Part shown: in pieces, positions 9,993 to 21,000 of the stretch
How positions within the stretch are numbered: the first letter of the stretch is position 1
How the letters are laid out: each line of letters starts with the position of its first letter
Assembly (NCBI GenBank): GCA_902618565.1
Contig: CACNAX010000002.1
Coordinates: 3,980-67,979, forward strand
Source of the DNA: an uncultured Pelagibacteraceae bacterium
GTDB lineage: Bacteria > Pseudomonadota > Alphaproteobacteria > Pelagibacterales > Pelagibacteraceae
Length of the DNA: 64,000 bases
Reading direction: 5' to 3'
The notes under the pieces: model-generated
What the model saw: only the letters and a program-made list of their open reading frames with translations
Databases searched by the model: none
Told to the model about the DNA's origin: nothing
Made by a program: the position numbers and the translations under genes

Positions 9993-10579
9993 TTTAAATA
10001 TCTACTTCCAGGTTTTGTAATTGGAATTTTTTTCAACCCAATTGGTAAATCATTTTTTTTATAAGTTGGTATTTCTAATTTAATTTGGGAAACAATATTT
10101 TTATCTTTAATTTTTAAACTTATTTTACTAGATCTATTAATCAAACACGCATATCCAACTACTTTTGATTTAAATTTTTTTACAAGTCTAGCACATTCTA
10201 AACTTGACTTACCTGTAGTAATTACATCTTCTACAATCAAAACTTTAGAATTTTTTTTTATTGAAAAACCTCTTCTTAAAGTAAATTTACCATTTACTCT
10301 TTCACAAAAAATTGTCTCCTTGTTTAATAAATTTCCAACTATATAACCAATTACAATCCCACCCATAGCTGGTGACAATATTATATCGATTTTTTTGAAT
10401 TTTTTTTTTATTTTAGTGCTTAAGGATTTGCAAAATTTTTCTGATTTTTTTGGATAACTTAATAATTTGGCACACTGAACATATTGAGGAGAATGTAATC
10501 CTGAAGATAAAACAAAGTGTCCTTCTAAAAGTGCCTTAGTTTTTTTTAAAACCGCTAAAGAATCTTTTAAAGAAAGCAT
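9989..10579 (-). CDS. pyrE: orotate phosphoribosyltransferase
   Basis: GHFVLSSGLHS, PAMGG, PRPP loop VEDVITTG, KPGSR. Confidence 0.95.
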   Translation of the reverse strand: MLSLKDSLAVLKKTKALLEGHFVLSSGLHSPQYVQCAKLLSYPKKSEKFCKSLSTKIKKKFKKIDIILSPAMGGIVIGYIVGNLLNKETIFCERVNGKFTLRRGFSIKKNSKVLIVEDVITTGKSSLECARLVKKFKSKVVGYACLINRSSKISLKIKDKNIVSQIKLEIPTYKKNDLPIGLKKIPITKPGSRYLK

Positions 10580-12278
10580 ATTTTTTGTTTTTATGTCTAA
10601 TTATTTTGAAGTTATATTCTTTCTGTTTTAGCTCACTAATAAGTTTTGTAAAGTTTTTCAAATCTTGAATAATTAGGTTGAACCTAAAATTTATAGTTCT
10701 TTTAGTCTTTTCTACCATTTCAACACTTGAAATGTTTACATTATTTGTTCCAATCATTGTTGTAACGTCACCTAATATTCCAGGTCTGTCAGGTAGAGAC
10801 ATCCAAAGGGTTGTGTTGTATTTTTTTTCTGTAGGTTTGCTGTCCTCTTTATATTGCCAGTATCTTCTTATAGCAGCTCTAGCTTTACCAGTTTTAGCGC
10901 TTGTTATCCAATGCAAAGATGGTGAATCTTTTTTTGATGTTAATATTTTAACTACATCTCCATTTCGCAATATTGATTGTAAAGGACTTTCCTTTCCATT
11001 TATTTCACATCCAATCGCAGTATCACCTACTTTAGTGTGTACTGCATAAGCAAAATCAATTGGACTTGCTTCTTTGGGTAATTTTATGACTGACCCTTTT
11101 GGTGTAAAACAAAAAACATTTTCTTGAAACATTTGGAGTTTTGTATACTCAAAATAATGTTCGGGATTTTCATTTTTATCTATAATTTCTACCAGATCTG
11201 CTAGCCAATCATATTCCTTCCAAGTTAAAGAGTTAAACTTTTCTGACGATTTATATTTCCAATGAGAGGCTATACCTCTTTGCGCAAATTCATGCATTTG
11301 TTGTGTTCTTAATTGTATTTCAATAGGTCTTTTATTTGGACCGATCACTGCTGTATGAAGTGATTTATAATTATTTATTTTCGGAGATGAAATGTAATCT
11401 TTAAATCTACCGGGTATGCAATTCCATTTATTATGAATTACACCTAAAGTTTTGTAACAATTTTCAACATTATCTAAAATGATTCTAAAACCAATTATGT
11501 CTGTAATTTGCTCCAGTGAGGTTCTTTTTTTTTGTATTTTTCTCCAAATAGAAAAAGGTGTTTTTTCTCTAGAAAAAATTTTAAAATCAATATTATTTTC
11601 ATTTAATAGATTTTCAAATTCACTGAGAACTGAATTATAATTAATCAAATTATTATCTTTTATCGTGTCTAATCTATCTTTGATCATTTTTCTTGCTTCA
11701 GGATTTAAAATATCGAAAGAAAGATCTTCAAGTTCATCTCTTATTCTATTCATTCCCATTCTATCAGCTAAAGGAGCATAAATTTCCATAGTTTCTTTAG
11801 CAATTCTTTTTCTTTTTTCCTCTTTATCAATAGCCTTCAAAGTTCGCATATTATGTAAACGATCAGCAAGTTTCACAAGAAGTACTCTGATATCTTTAGA
11901 TGTTGCCAGGATAAGTTTTCTAAAATTTTCAGCTTTTGAATTAGAAATAGCTTGATTTTCAAAAACAGAAATTTTTGTTACTCCATCAACCAAATCGGCA
12001 ACTTCTTTTCCAAATTGTTCTTCTATGGTTTTGTAAGTTGCATAAGTATCTTCTATAGTATCGTGAAGTAAACCAGTTGCTATAGTTGCACTATCCAACT
12101 TAAGTTCGGTTAAAATATTTGCAACAGCAACAGGATGAATGACGTAGGGATCTCCTGATTGTCGTTTTTGATCTTTATGAACTTTTACTGCAAAATCATA
12201 TGCTTTACTTAAAGTTTCCGGGTTAAGAAACTTATTGTATGATTTAACCTTATTTATTAATTCGTCTGAATTTAGCAT
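10536..12278 (-). CDS. spoT: bifunctional (p)ppGpp synthetase/hydrolase (RelA/SpoT homolog), shortened C-terminal region
   Basis: HD motif LLHDTIED, KLADRLHNMRT, RFKDYI, YKSLHT, EIQLRT, TGS (FTPKG, DFAYAVHT), ACT-like DRPGIL. Confidence 0.95.
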   Translation of the reverse strand: MLNSDELINKVKSYNKFLNPETLSKAYDFAVKVHKDQKRQSGDPYVIHPVAVANILTELKLDSATIATGLLHDTIEDTYATYKTIEEQFGKEVADLVDGVTKISVFENQAISNSKAENFRKLILATSKDIRVLLVKLADRLHNMRTLKAIDKEEKRKRIAKETMEIYAPLADRMGMNRIRDELEDLSFDILNPEARKMIKDRLDTIKDNNLINYNSVLSEFENLLNENNIDFKIFSREKTPFSIWRKIQKKRTSLEQITDIIGFRIILDNVENCYKTLGVIHNKWNCIPGRFKDYISSPKINNYKSLHTAVIGPNKRPIEIQLRTQQMHEFAQRGIASHWKYKSSEKFNSLTWKEYDWLADLVEIIDKNENPEHYFEYTKLQMFQENVFCFTPKGSVIKLPKEASPIDFAYAVHTKVGDTAIGCEINGKESPLQSILRNGDVVKILTSKKDSPSLHWITSAKTGKARAAIRRYWQYKEDSKPTEKKYNTTLWMSLPDRPGILGDVTTMIGTNNVNISSVEMVEKTKRTINFRFNLIIQDLKNFTKLISELKQKEYNFKIIRHKNKKYAFFKRFFSGFKKN

Positions 12279-12298
12279 TAATTTATTATATCACTTAT

Positions 12299-12826
12299 TT
12301 AGATAACTTTAATACTTCTTAAATTATTTTTTTTTAAAGAAGATAAGAGTTTTACTATATTTTTTTTTGATTTTGGGTGAGACCAATTCTTACATATTTC
12401 AAACAGTGGCAAAAGTACAAAGTTTCTATTATGCATTCTTGGATGCGGTATCTTTAAATTGATCAATTTTTTATTTGATTTAGTTATCTTTCCATTAAAG
12501 TCTAATATATCAATATCACAATTTCTTGGATGATTTTGTGGGGCTATTTTTCTGCCTAATTTTTTTTCTATAAACTTAATTATTTTAAACAGCTCAAATT
12601 GATTTAATTTTGTTTTTATAAGTAATACAGCATTAATAAATTTTGGAAAACTAGGATCTGGCCATGATTCAGTCTCATAATAACTAGATGTTTTAATAAT
12701 TTTAATATCATGAGTTTCCAATAAATATTTAGATTTTTCTAAAAAATGTATTCTATTTCCTAAATTAGAACCTATTGATAGATATACATAATTAACTTGA
12801 GCGTCTGAAATATCTCGCTTTTTCAC
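12299..12826 (-). CDS. folK: 2-amino-4-hydroxy-6-hydroxymethyldihydropteridine pyrophosphokinase
   Basis: [45 protein letters not shown]; start uncertain (GTG at 12826 assumed). Confidence 0.93.
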   Translation of the reverse strand: MKKRDISDAQVNYVYLSIGSNLGNRIHFLEKSKYLLETHDIKIIKTSSYYETESWPDPSFPKFINAVLLIKTKLNQFELFKIIKFIEKKLGRKIAPQNHPRNCDIDILDFNGKITKSNKKLINLKIPHPRMHNRNFVLLPLFEICKNWSHPKSKKNIVKLLSSLKKNNLRSIKVI

Positions 12827-13262
12827 GGTTCCAATCTTTAGTTTTTTTGGTTTGTCGCTTATCGTATTGTTTTTTGCCCTTTGCAACTGCTATTTCAACT
12901 TTAGCTTTACCTTTTTTGAAATACATTTTAGTTGGAACTAAAGTCAGACCATCCTCATTCATTTTACCAATTAGTTTGTTAATTTCCTTTTTGTTAAATA
13001 ACAATTTTCTTTCTGAGTAAGGATTGTGATTTGAATAACTGGCTTGTTTATATATGGGTATATGTGAGTTAATTAAAAAAATTTCTCCTTCTTTTTCTAC
13101 TGCGTATGACTCTGCAATATTTACTTTTCCGTCTCTTACAGATTTTATTTCAGAACCTTTTAGCACAATTCCTGCTTCTAAGATTTCCTTAAAGAAAAAA
13201 TTAAAAGATGCTTTTCGATTTATTGTAATAATCTTGATGCCAGATGTAGATTTATCACTCAT
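12792..13262 (-). CDS. smpB: SsrA-binding protein
   Basis: [33 protein letters not shown]. Confidence 0.97.
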   Translation of the reverse strand: MSDKSTSGIKIITINRKASFNFFFKEILEAGIVLKGSEIKSVRDGKVNIAESYAVEKEGEIFLINSHIPIYKQASYSNHNPYSERKLLFNKKEINKLIGKMNEDGLTLVPTKMYFKKGKAKVEIAVAKGKKQYDKRQTKKTKDWNREKARYFRRSS

Positions 13263-14142
13263 CAATAAGTTTTGCTACTTTCAATGCTTTTTCGACTTCC
13301 TTTTTTGTATTTTCAGTTATTTTTACCAAAGGTAATCTCACAGCATCATCGCATAGACCAAGTAATTTAGCAGCATACTTAACTGGTGAAGGATTGCTTT
13401 CTATAAATAAATTTTTATGCAATGGTTGCAACATATCATCAAGTTGTTGAGCTTTTTTTAAATCATCCTCATTTGACGATTTTGATAATTTTTGAAATTC
13501 AGAACATAATTTAGGAGCTACGTTTGCTGTAACACTAATTGTCCCAACTCCTCCTCGTTTATTAAATTCAAAAGCATTATCATCGTTTCCAGTAAGTTGA
13601 ATGAAATCATTACCCATTTTTTCTTTTTGTTGATCAACACGATTTAGATCACCAGTTGCATCTTTAACTCCAACTATATTTTTTAGTTCATATAATCTAG
13701 CCATTGTTTCAACGCTCATATCGATTACAGAACGACTTGGAATATTATAAATTATAATTGGAATTCCACAGTTATCGTTGATTGATTTATAATGTTGATA
13801 TAATCCTTCTTGAGTAGGTTTATTATAATATGGTGTAACAACTAAAGCACCATCCGCTCCAGCTTTTTCAGCGTGTTTAGTTAATGATACGGCTTCTTCT
13901 GTAGAATTAGATCCAGTGCCGGCTATAATGGGAAGTTTACCAGTAGCTTCTTTTATGCATAATTCAATTGTTCTCTCATGTTCATCATGTGATAATGTTG
14001 GTGACTCACCAGTTGTTCCAACTGGAACTAACCCATTTGTTCCATTTTCCATATGATGATTTATTATTTTTATGTAACTTTCTTCGTCAAGCTTGTTGTC
14101 TTTAAACGGTGTAATTAATGCTACATTTGATCCTTTAAACAT
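13255..14142 (-). CDS. dapA: 4-hydroxy-tetrahydrodipicolinate synthase
   Basis: [28 protein letters not shown] (Schiff-base Lys), ESNPSPVK. Confidence 0.97.
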   Translation of the reverse strand: MFKGSNVALITPFKDNKLDEESYIKIINHHMENGTNGLVPVGTTGESPTLSHDEHERTIELCIKEATGKLPIIAGTGSNSTEEAVSLTKHAEKAGADGALVVTPYYNKPTQEGLYQHYKSINDNCGIPIIIYNIPSRSVIDMSVETMARLYELKNIVGVKDATGDLNRVDQQKEKMGNDFIQLTGNDDNAFEFNKRGGVGTISVTANVAPKLCSEFQKLSKSSNEDDLKKAQQLDDMLQPLHKNLFIESNPSPVKYAAKLLGLCDDAVRLPLVKITENTKKEVEKALKVAKLIDE

Positions 14143-14177
14143 AATTATTTATAACATAAGTTGTTTGATTTAATAAA

Positions 14178-16379
14178 ATGTATTTAAAATTATTAACAAC
14201 AATTATCCTTTTTTTCTTATCGTTTCAATCTGCTTTTTCAAATGAAACTATAATTCCTATTAAAAAACCAGACTTAAATGAAAAAAATACAACAAAAAAA
14301 ATAGCTGAAATCATCCCTCTACCAAAACCATCTGAAAAAGAAGATGAAATTCAAAAGGAAATTAAAATTACTACCACGGAGATATTTAAAAAAATTGATG
14401 GTGTAATAATTCCAAAAAATAAGCCTCTTATAGTTAAAGAAAAATTAAGAAAGATTAAAAAACAAAAATTTTATAGCGATAGAGATTTAAAATATGCAAA
14501 ACAAGCTATTTCATTTATGGAGAAAAGTAATTGGAAGGATGCGAAAAAAGCCGCAAGTAAAGCAAGAGCAAAATCTATTTATGATTTTATTCAATGGAGA
14601 CATCTACTTACAACCGGTAACAGAGCTACTTTTACAGAATATAAACAGTTTATCGAAAGAGTAAAAGATTATCCAAGAATAGATAGAGTTCGTTACTTAG
14701 GAGAGCATAAAATAAATTCTAAAAATCATACTAAAAATGAAATTATACAGTGGTTCGATAAACACCCTCCTTTAAGTGGATTTGGAAAAATGATGCTAGG
14801 TGATGCTTTGTTATCAAAAAATAAAGAGTCAGCTATAAATTTAATAAAGGAAGGATTTATAACAGCTGATTTAAGTAAAAATGATCTTATTTTTTTTAGA
14901 AAGAAATTTAAAAAATATTTGAACAGTAGTGATTATATAAAAAGAGCTGATTATTTAGCTTGGGAGAATAAATATTGGGACCTTAAAAGAATGTTAAGAT
15001 ATCTACCAAAAGATTATCAACTTTTATATACGGCAAGGCAATTGTTAATGAGCAGATCTTATGGAGTTGATAGTGCTATCTCAAATGTGCCTGCAAGTTT
15101 AAAAAAAGATGCTGGTTTAAATTACGATAGACTCAAATGGAGAAGGAAAAGAGGAAGAGTTGATAGCTCTTTAGAAATTTTACTAAGTATCAAAAATAAT
15201 AAAGACTATATGGTTCGCCCAGATAAATGGTGGGTTGAAAGATCAATAATTGCAAGATCACTTATTTATAAGAAAAGATATGAGCAGGCTTATAAAATTA
15301 CAAGTAAACATGGGCTATCAGAGGGTGCCGAATTAGCTGAGGCTGAATGGATGAGTGGATGGATTGCTTTAAGCTTCTTAAAAGATCCAATTTTAGCAAA
15401 AAGTCATTTTACAAAGTTTTATAATAATGTTGGTTATCCAATTAGTTTATCAAGAGGAGCTTATTGGCTAGGAAAAGCGAATTTAGCTCTAAATAATAAA
15501 CAAGAATCAGATAAATGGTTTAAAGAAGGTTCAAAATATCTAACAACTTATTATGGTCAATTATCTCATATGAAAATATATCCAAATAAAACTTTTGAAC
15601 TTAAAGAAAGTACTCAAGTTGATAAAAATTATGCTGAAAGTTTTTACAAAAATAAATTAGTTGCAATAGTACACTTGTTAGATGAAGTAAAAAAAGATAA
15701 ATATACAAAACATATTTTAAGATTTCTAGCAAATGACAATGTTTCAGCAGGGAGTGAAATATTGGCAGCAAAACTAGCAACTGACATATCTAGATTTGAT
15801 TTTGCTATTCAGGTTTCTAAAATAGCATCTTATCAAAAAAGGTTTCATAACAAATATAACTATCCAGTAATAAGCACTCCGAATAAAGTTGGATCAAGAA
15901 AAATCCCAGAACAAGCTTTAATATTATCTATTATAAGACAAGAAAGTGAATTTGATATATCTGCAAGAAGTAGAGTTGGAGCACAAGGCTTAATGCAGTT
16001 GATGCCTTATACTGCAAAGACAGTTGCTAAGCAGGCAAAAGTTTCTTATTCAAAATCACGTTTAACAACAAGTCCTGAGTATAATATAAATTTAGGATCT
16101 TTTTATATTGCAGGTTTAATTCTCGATTATGATGGATCCTACCCTTTTGCTGTAGCAGCATATAATGCAGGACCAAAAAGAGTGAAGTATTGGAAAAAAA
16201 TAAATAAAGATCCTCAAAAGAAACAAATTGATTATGTTGATTGGGTAGAACTTATTAAGTTTAAAGAGACCAGAAACTATGTTCAGAGAGTTATGGAGAA
16301 TTACAATGTTTATAGATACATTTTGTCTCAAAAACCAATATTTTTAAAAGATTTTTTTAGAAATAATCCGCTCTATTAG
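14178..16379 (+). CDS. soluble lytic murein transglycosylase (Slt70-like), signal peptide
   Basis: N-terminal signal peptide; C-terminal SLT motifs IRQESEF, GAQGLMQLMPYTA, AAYNAGP, ETRNYVQRV. Confidence 0.93.
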   Translation: MYLKLLTTIILFFLSFQSAFSNETIIPIKKPDLNEKNTTKKIAEIIPLPKPSEKEDEIQKEIKITTTEIFKKIDGVIIPKNKPLIVKEKLRKIKKQKFYSDRDLKYAKQAISFMEKSNWKDAKKAASKARAKSIYDFIQWRHLLTTGNRATFTEYKQFIERVKDYPRIDRVRYLGEHKINSKNHTKNEIIQWFDKHPPLSGFGKMMLGDALLSKNKESAINLIKEGFITADLSKNDLIFFRKKFKKYLNSSDYIKRADYLAWENKYWDLKRMLRYLPKDYQLLYTARQLLMSRSYGVDSAISNVPASLKKDAGLNYDRLKWRRKRGRVDSSLEILLSIKNNKDYMVRPDKWWVERSIIARSLIYKKRYEQAYKITSKHGLSEGAELAEAEWMSGWIALSFLKDPILAKSHFTKFYNNVGYPISLSRGAYWLGKANLALNNKQESDKWFKEGSKYLTTYYGQLSHMKIYPNKTFELKESTQVDKNYAESFYKNKLVAIVHLLDEVKKDKYTKHILRFLANDNVSAGSEILAAKLATDISRFDFAIQVSKIASYQKRFHNKYNYPVISTPNKVGSRKIPEQALILSIIRQESEFDISARSRVGAQGLMQLMPYTAKTVAKQAKVSYSKSRLTTSPEYNINLGSFYIAGLILDYDGSYPFAVAAYNAGPKRVKYWKKINKDPQKKQIDYVDWVELIKFKETRNYVQRVMENYNVYRYILSQKPIFLKDFFRNNPLY

Positions 16380-16474
16380 TGGCGGAAGGAGAGGGATTCG
16401 AACCCTCGGTACACCTTTTCAAGCGTACGGCGGTTTAGCAAACCGCTGGTTTAAACCAGCTCACCCATCCTTCC
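16380..16474 (-). tRNA. tRNA-Ser (anticodon GCT), long variable arm, encoded CCA
   Basis: Reverse complement GGAAGGA-TGGGTGAGCTGGTTTAAACC-A-GCGGT-TTGCTAA-ACCGC-CGTACGCTTGAAAAGGTGTACC-GAGGG-TTCGAAT-CCCTC-TCCTTCC-GCCA folds as a class II cloverleaf. Confidence 0.97.
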
Positions 16475-16489
16475 ACGATAATATGTGTA

Positions 16490-16524
16490 ACTTGAAATCA
16501 TTGAATATTCAATCATATTCAAGT
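16490..16524. promoter_or_regulatory. nested inverted repeat (candidate operator/bidirectional promoter) between tRNA-Ser and soxB
   Basis: ACTTGAA-AT-C-ATTGAAT|ATTCAAT-C-AT-A-TTCAAGT; perfect 14-bp core at 16500-16513. Confidence 0.5.
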
Positions 16525-16538
16525 AATTTCTCCAAAAT

Positions 16539-17792
16539 ATGAAAAACAAATATTCAATATTCTCTCTAATAAAAAATGCTTTTTCACAGCATGAGAATTG
16601 GCAACAAGCTTGGGGAAATCCAGAGCCAAAAAAAGAATACGATGCTATTATTGTGGGTGGTGGCGGACACGGTTTAGCCACTGCTTATTATTTAGCAAAG
16701 AAACATAATTTAAAAAATATTGCAGTCTTAGAAAAAGGTTGGATTGGTGGTGGAAATACAGGGCGTAACACTACAATTATTAGATCAAATTATTTATGGG
16801 ATGCTAGTGCCGGTTTATATGATCATGCACTTAAACTATGGGAAAATTTATCTCAAGAGCTAAACTATAATGTCATGTTCAGTCAAAGAGGCGTAATGAA
16901 TTTAGCTCACAATCTTCAAGATGTAAGAGATTTAAAAAGAAGAACACATGCTAATAGACTAAACGGAATTGATGCTGTTTGGCTAAATACCAAGGAAGTT
17001 AAAAAATTTTGCCCAATTATAAATACATCACCTGATATCAGATACCCGGTTTTAGGTGGAACATTACAACGAAGAGCTGGAACTGCAAGACATGATGCTG
17101 TTGCCTGGGGTTATGCAAGAGGTGCGAGTGATATGGGTGTTGATATAATCCAAAACTGTGAAGTTAAAGGAATAAAAAGAAATGGAGATAGAGTTGAAGG
17201 ATTAGAAACCACTAAAGGATTTATAAAAACTAATAAAATTGGAGTTGTTGCAGCAGGACACTCAAGTGTAATTGCAAATATGGCTGGATTAAAACTTCCT
17301 CTTGAAAGTAAGCCATTACAAGCATTAGTTTCAGAGCCAGTAAAACCAATTATTGATACTGTTGTAATGTCAAATGCAGTTCATGCTTATGTAAGTCAAT
17401 CGGATAAAGGCGAATTAGTTATAGGTGCGGGAACAGATTCATATGTTTCATATACTCAAAGAGGTAGTCATAATATTGTTGAAGAAACTTTAAAGGCTAT
17501 TTTAGAACTCTACCCTATTTTTAGCAGAATGAAGATGTTAAGACAATGGGGAGGAATTGTTGATATATGTCCAGATGCAAGCCCTATTATAAGTAAAACC
17601 AACATAAAAGGTTTATATTTTAATTGTGGTTGGGGTACCGGTGGTTTTAAAGCTACCCCAGGATCAGGAGATTTATTTGCTCACACAATCGCAAATGATG
17701 AGCCACATAAATTAAATGCAGCATTTAATTTAAATAGATTTGTAAGCGGTGATCTTGTTGATGAACATGGTGCTGCAGCAGTTGCACATTAA
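16539..17792 (+). CDS. soxB: heterotetrameric sarcosine oxidase family, beta subunit
   Basis: [59 protein letters not shown]. Confidence 0.93.
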   Translation: MKNKYSIFSLIKNAFSQHENWQQAWGNPEPKKEYDAIIVGGGGHGLATAYYLAKKHNLKNIAVLEKGWIGGGNTGRNTTIIRSNYLWDASAGLYDHALKLWENLSQELNYNVMFSQRGVMNLAHNLQDVRDLKRRTHANRLNGIDAVWLNTKEVKKFCPIINTSPDIRYPVLGGTLQRRAGTARHDAVAWGYARGASDMGVDIIQNCEVKGIKRNGDRVEGLETTKGFIKTNKIGVVAAGHSSVIANMAGLKLPLESKPLQALVSEPVKPIIDTVVMSNAVHAYVSQSDKGELVIGAGTDSYVSYTQRGSHNIVEETLKAILELYPIFSRMKMLRQWGGIVDICPDASPIISKTNIKGLYFNCGWGTGGFKATPGSGDLFAHTIANDEPHKLNAAFNLNRFVSGDLVDEHGAAAVAH

Positions 17793-17794
17793 TA

Positions 17795-18076
17795 ATGTTT
17801 TTAATTAATTGTCCATTTTGTGGAGAGAGAGATCAAAGTGAATTTTCTTCAGGTGGCGAGGCTCATATAGTTAGACCAAAACAACCAACTGAACTTAGCG
17901 ATGATGAATGGGCGGAATATCTATTTATGAGAAAAAATATAAAAGGTATTCAATTTGAAAGATGGAATCATACTCACGGATGCAGAAAATGGTTCAACGT
18001 AGTTAGAGACACATCGAATGATAAAATATTATCCGTTTATAAAATGGGTGAAAAACCTCCTGTAAATTATAAGTAA
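17795..18076 (+). CDS. soxD: sarcosine oxidase family, delta subunit
   Basis: CPFCGER..EF, ERWxHxxGCRKWFN Zn ligands. Confidence 0.93.
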   Translation: MFLINCPFCGERDQSEFSSGGEAHIVRPKQPTELSDDEWAEYLFMRKNIKGIQFERWNHTHGCRKWFNVVRDTSNDKILSVYKMGEKPPVNYK

Positions 18077-21000
18077 TGCCCTATTATAGAATTCACAAAA
18101 CTGAATATATTGATGAAACTAAAAGAGTTTCATTTAAATATGATGGTAAGACTTACTTTGGATATGAAGGTGATACTTTAGCATCTGCGCTTTTGGCAAA
18201 TGGTGTTCATTTAGTCGGTAGAAGCTTTAAATATCACAGACCAAGGGGTATAGTTTCTTGTGGAGCAGAAGAACCTAATGCAATTTGTCAAATTGGTAGT
18301 AAAAAAGACCTAACTGAACCAAATGTAAGAGCAACTGAGTTAGAATTGTATGAAGGATTAGAGGCAAGTTCTCAAAATTGCTGGCCTAACGTAAAATTTG
18401 ATATTGGGGGTATTAATAATTTTATATCTCCGTTAATACCTGCAGGTTTTTATTATAAAACATTTATGTGGCCAAAGAGTTTTTGGAAAAAAGTATATGA
18501 GCCATTAATACGATTATCTGCAGGGTTAGGAAAATCTCCCACAGAACCAGATCCCGATATCTATGATCACAAACATGTTCACTACGATGTATTGGTAATT
18601 GGTGGTGGAATTTCAGGTATTATTTCTGCAAAAATGGCAGCAAAAAATAATTTAAAAACTTTATTAGTAGATGACAAAAAAATACTAGGTGGTTCTACAA
18701 TTTATCAAAATAATGAATCTATTAAGATTGATGATAAATTATCAAGCGAATGGTTAAAAAATGAAATTCAAGAAATTAAAAAATTAAGTAATTTAACAAT
18801 TAAGACAAGAACAAGTATTGCAGCTTATCATGGATACAATTTTCTTTTAGCTAAAGAAAATTTAACAGATCATTTGCCAGAGGAAAAAAAGAAAAATAAG
18901 ATTAGACAACGATTATGGAAAATAAGAGCAAAAAAAGTTGTAATTGCAACTGGATCAATTGAAAGACCACTTGTATTTAATAATAATGATAGACCGGGAA
19001 TATTATTATCAAATTCAATAAACAAATACTTGGATTATTATGGTGTTACCTGTGGAGAAAACATAATATTATTTACAAATAATGATAGTGCATACGAAAC
19101 TTCAATTTCACTTCATAAAAAAGGTATAAAGAATTTAATTGTTGATTTAAGAAAATCTGCTAGCTCTGAACTAATTAAAGAAGCACAAAGTCTAGGAATA
19201 AAGATCTACTTTAATCATGTAGTAACAAATACTTTTGGATACAGAAAAATAAATTCATTAGAAATAATGAAACTATCGGAAGATGGAAATACAACTGTAG
19301 GCAATATAATTAAATTGAGTTGTGACTGTTTAGGTATGAGTGGTGGATGGACACCTATGGTGCATATGCATACTCAATCTGGAGGTAAATTAAATTTTAG
19401 AGATGATGACCAAGTATTCTTACCAAAAGAAAATAGTGAAGATCAAATTTCAGTTGGTTCATGCAATGGAGATTTTGATTTAGAAAATATTATAGATAAA
19501 ACAGTTAATAAAATTAATAAATTCTTAGATATAGATAATCAAGATTACCAGGATACAAATATTATTTGCTCTAAAGAAAACGACAAAAGAAATATATGGC
19601 TATTACCAAATAAAGTACCTTTAGGTAAAACGAAATGCTTTATAGATTTTCAAAATGACTCAACGGCAAAAGATATTAAATTAGCCTTAAAAGAAGGTTT
19701 TAGATCAATTGAACATGTAAAAAGATATACAACAACAGGTATGGCAACAGATCAAGGAAAGTTATCTAATATGCACGCACTTGGGATTATAGCTGATACA
19801 GCTGGTGTAAAAATGGGTACATTGGGAACAACTACATTTAGGCCTCCATTCACACCATTAACTTTCGGAACACTAGTTGGAAGAAATGTTGGAAAATTTT
19901 TTGAAGTAGTAAGAAAAACATCTATGCATGAATGGCATGTGGAAAATAAAGCAGAATTTGAGAATGTTGGTCAGTGGAAAAGACCTTGGTACTATGCAAA
20001 AAATGGAGAAAATATGCATGATGCTGTTCAAAGAGAAAGTAAAGCGGCACGTGACAGTGCAGGTATCTTAGACGCATCAACTCTAGGAAAAATTGATATC
20101 CAAGGAACAGATGCATCAGAATTTTTAAATCGAGTTTACACAAATGCTTGGTCAAAACTTGCAATCGGAAAATGTAGATACGGACTTATGTTAAACGAGG
20201 ATGGTATGGTTTATGACGACGGTGTTACTACAAGAATATCTGAAAATCATTATCTTATGACAACTACTACTGGGGGAGCCGCAAATGTATTAAGCAAACT
20301 TGAGGATTATTTACAAACAGAGTGGCCAGAGTTAGATGTTTATTTAACATCAGTGACAGATCATTATTCTACAGCAAGTATTTGTGGTCCAAATTCAAAA
20401 AAAATTCTTAACAAACTTTTTCCAAATTTAGATTTAAGTGATGAAAACTTTCCTCATATGTCATTTAAAGAAGATAATCTTGAAAATATAAATTGTAGAA
20501 TAATGAGAATAAGTTTTACGGGTGAACTAAGCTATGAAATTAACATAGAGTCGAAATATGGACATTCATTATGGAAAATGTGTATAGAAGCTGGGAAAGA
20601 GTTTAATTTGACACCTTATGGTACTGAAACAATGCATCTACTCAGAGCGGAAAAAGGTTTCATTATTGTTGGACAAGATACAGACGGCACAATGACTCCT
20701 TCAGACTTACAGATGGATTGGATTGTAAGTAAAAAGAAATATGACTTCATTGGTAAAAGATCTTTATATAGAAGTGATACTATTAGAGAAGATAGAAAGC
20801 AATTGGTAGGACTACTTACAGATGATCCAAAAGAAATTTTGGAAGAAGGTGCTCAAATTGTTTCAGACATTAAATCAAAGCCTATAGATATGCTAGGACA
20901 TGTAACTTCAAGCTATTTTAGTCCAAACCTAAATAAATCAATTGCCTTGGCTGTAGTTAGAAGTGGTAAAACAATGAAGGGTCAAAAGTTAATTATTCCA

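Noticed and set aside
16380-16420. tRNA-Ser 3' end as a prophage or island integration site
   Set aside because: No integrase, no duplicated tRNA 3' end seen, and a core gene abuts the CCA
16451-16681. 76-aa minus-strand ORF with a PPPP run
   Set aside because: Mirror of the soxB GGGG motif; overlaps soxB and the tRNA
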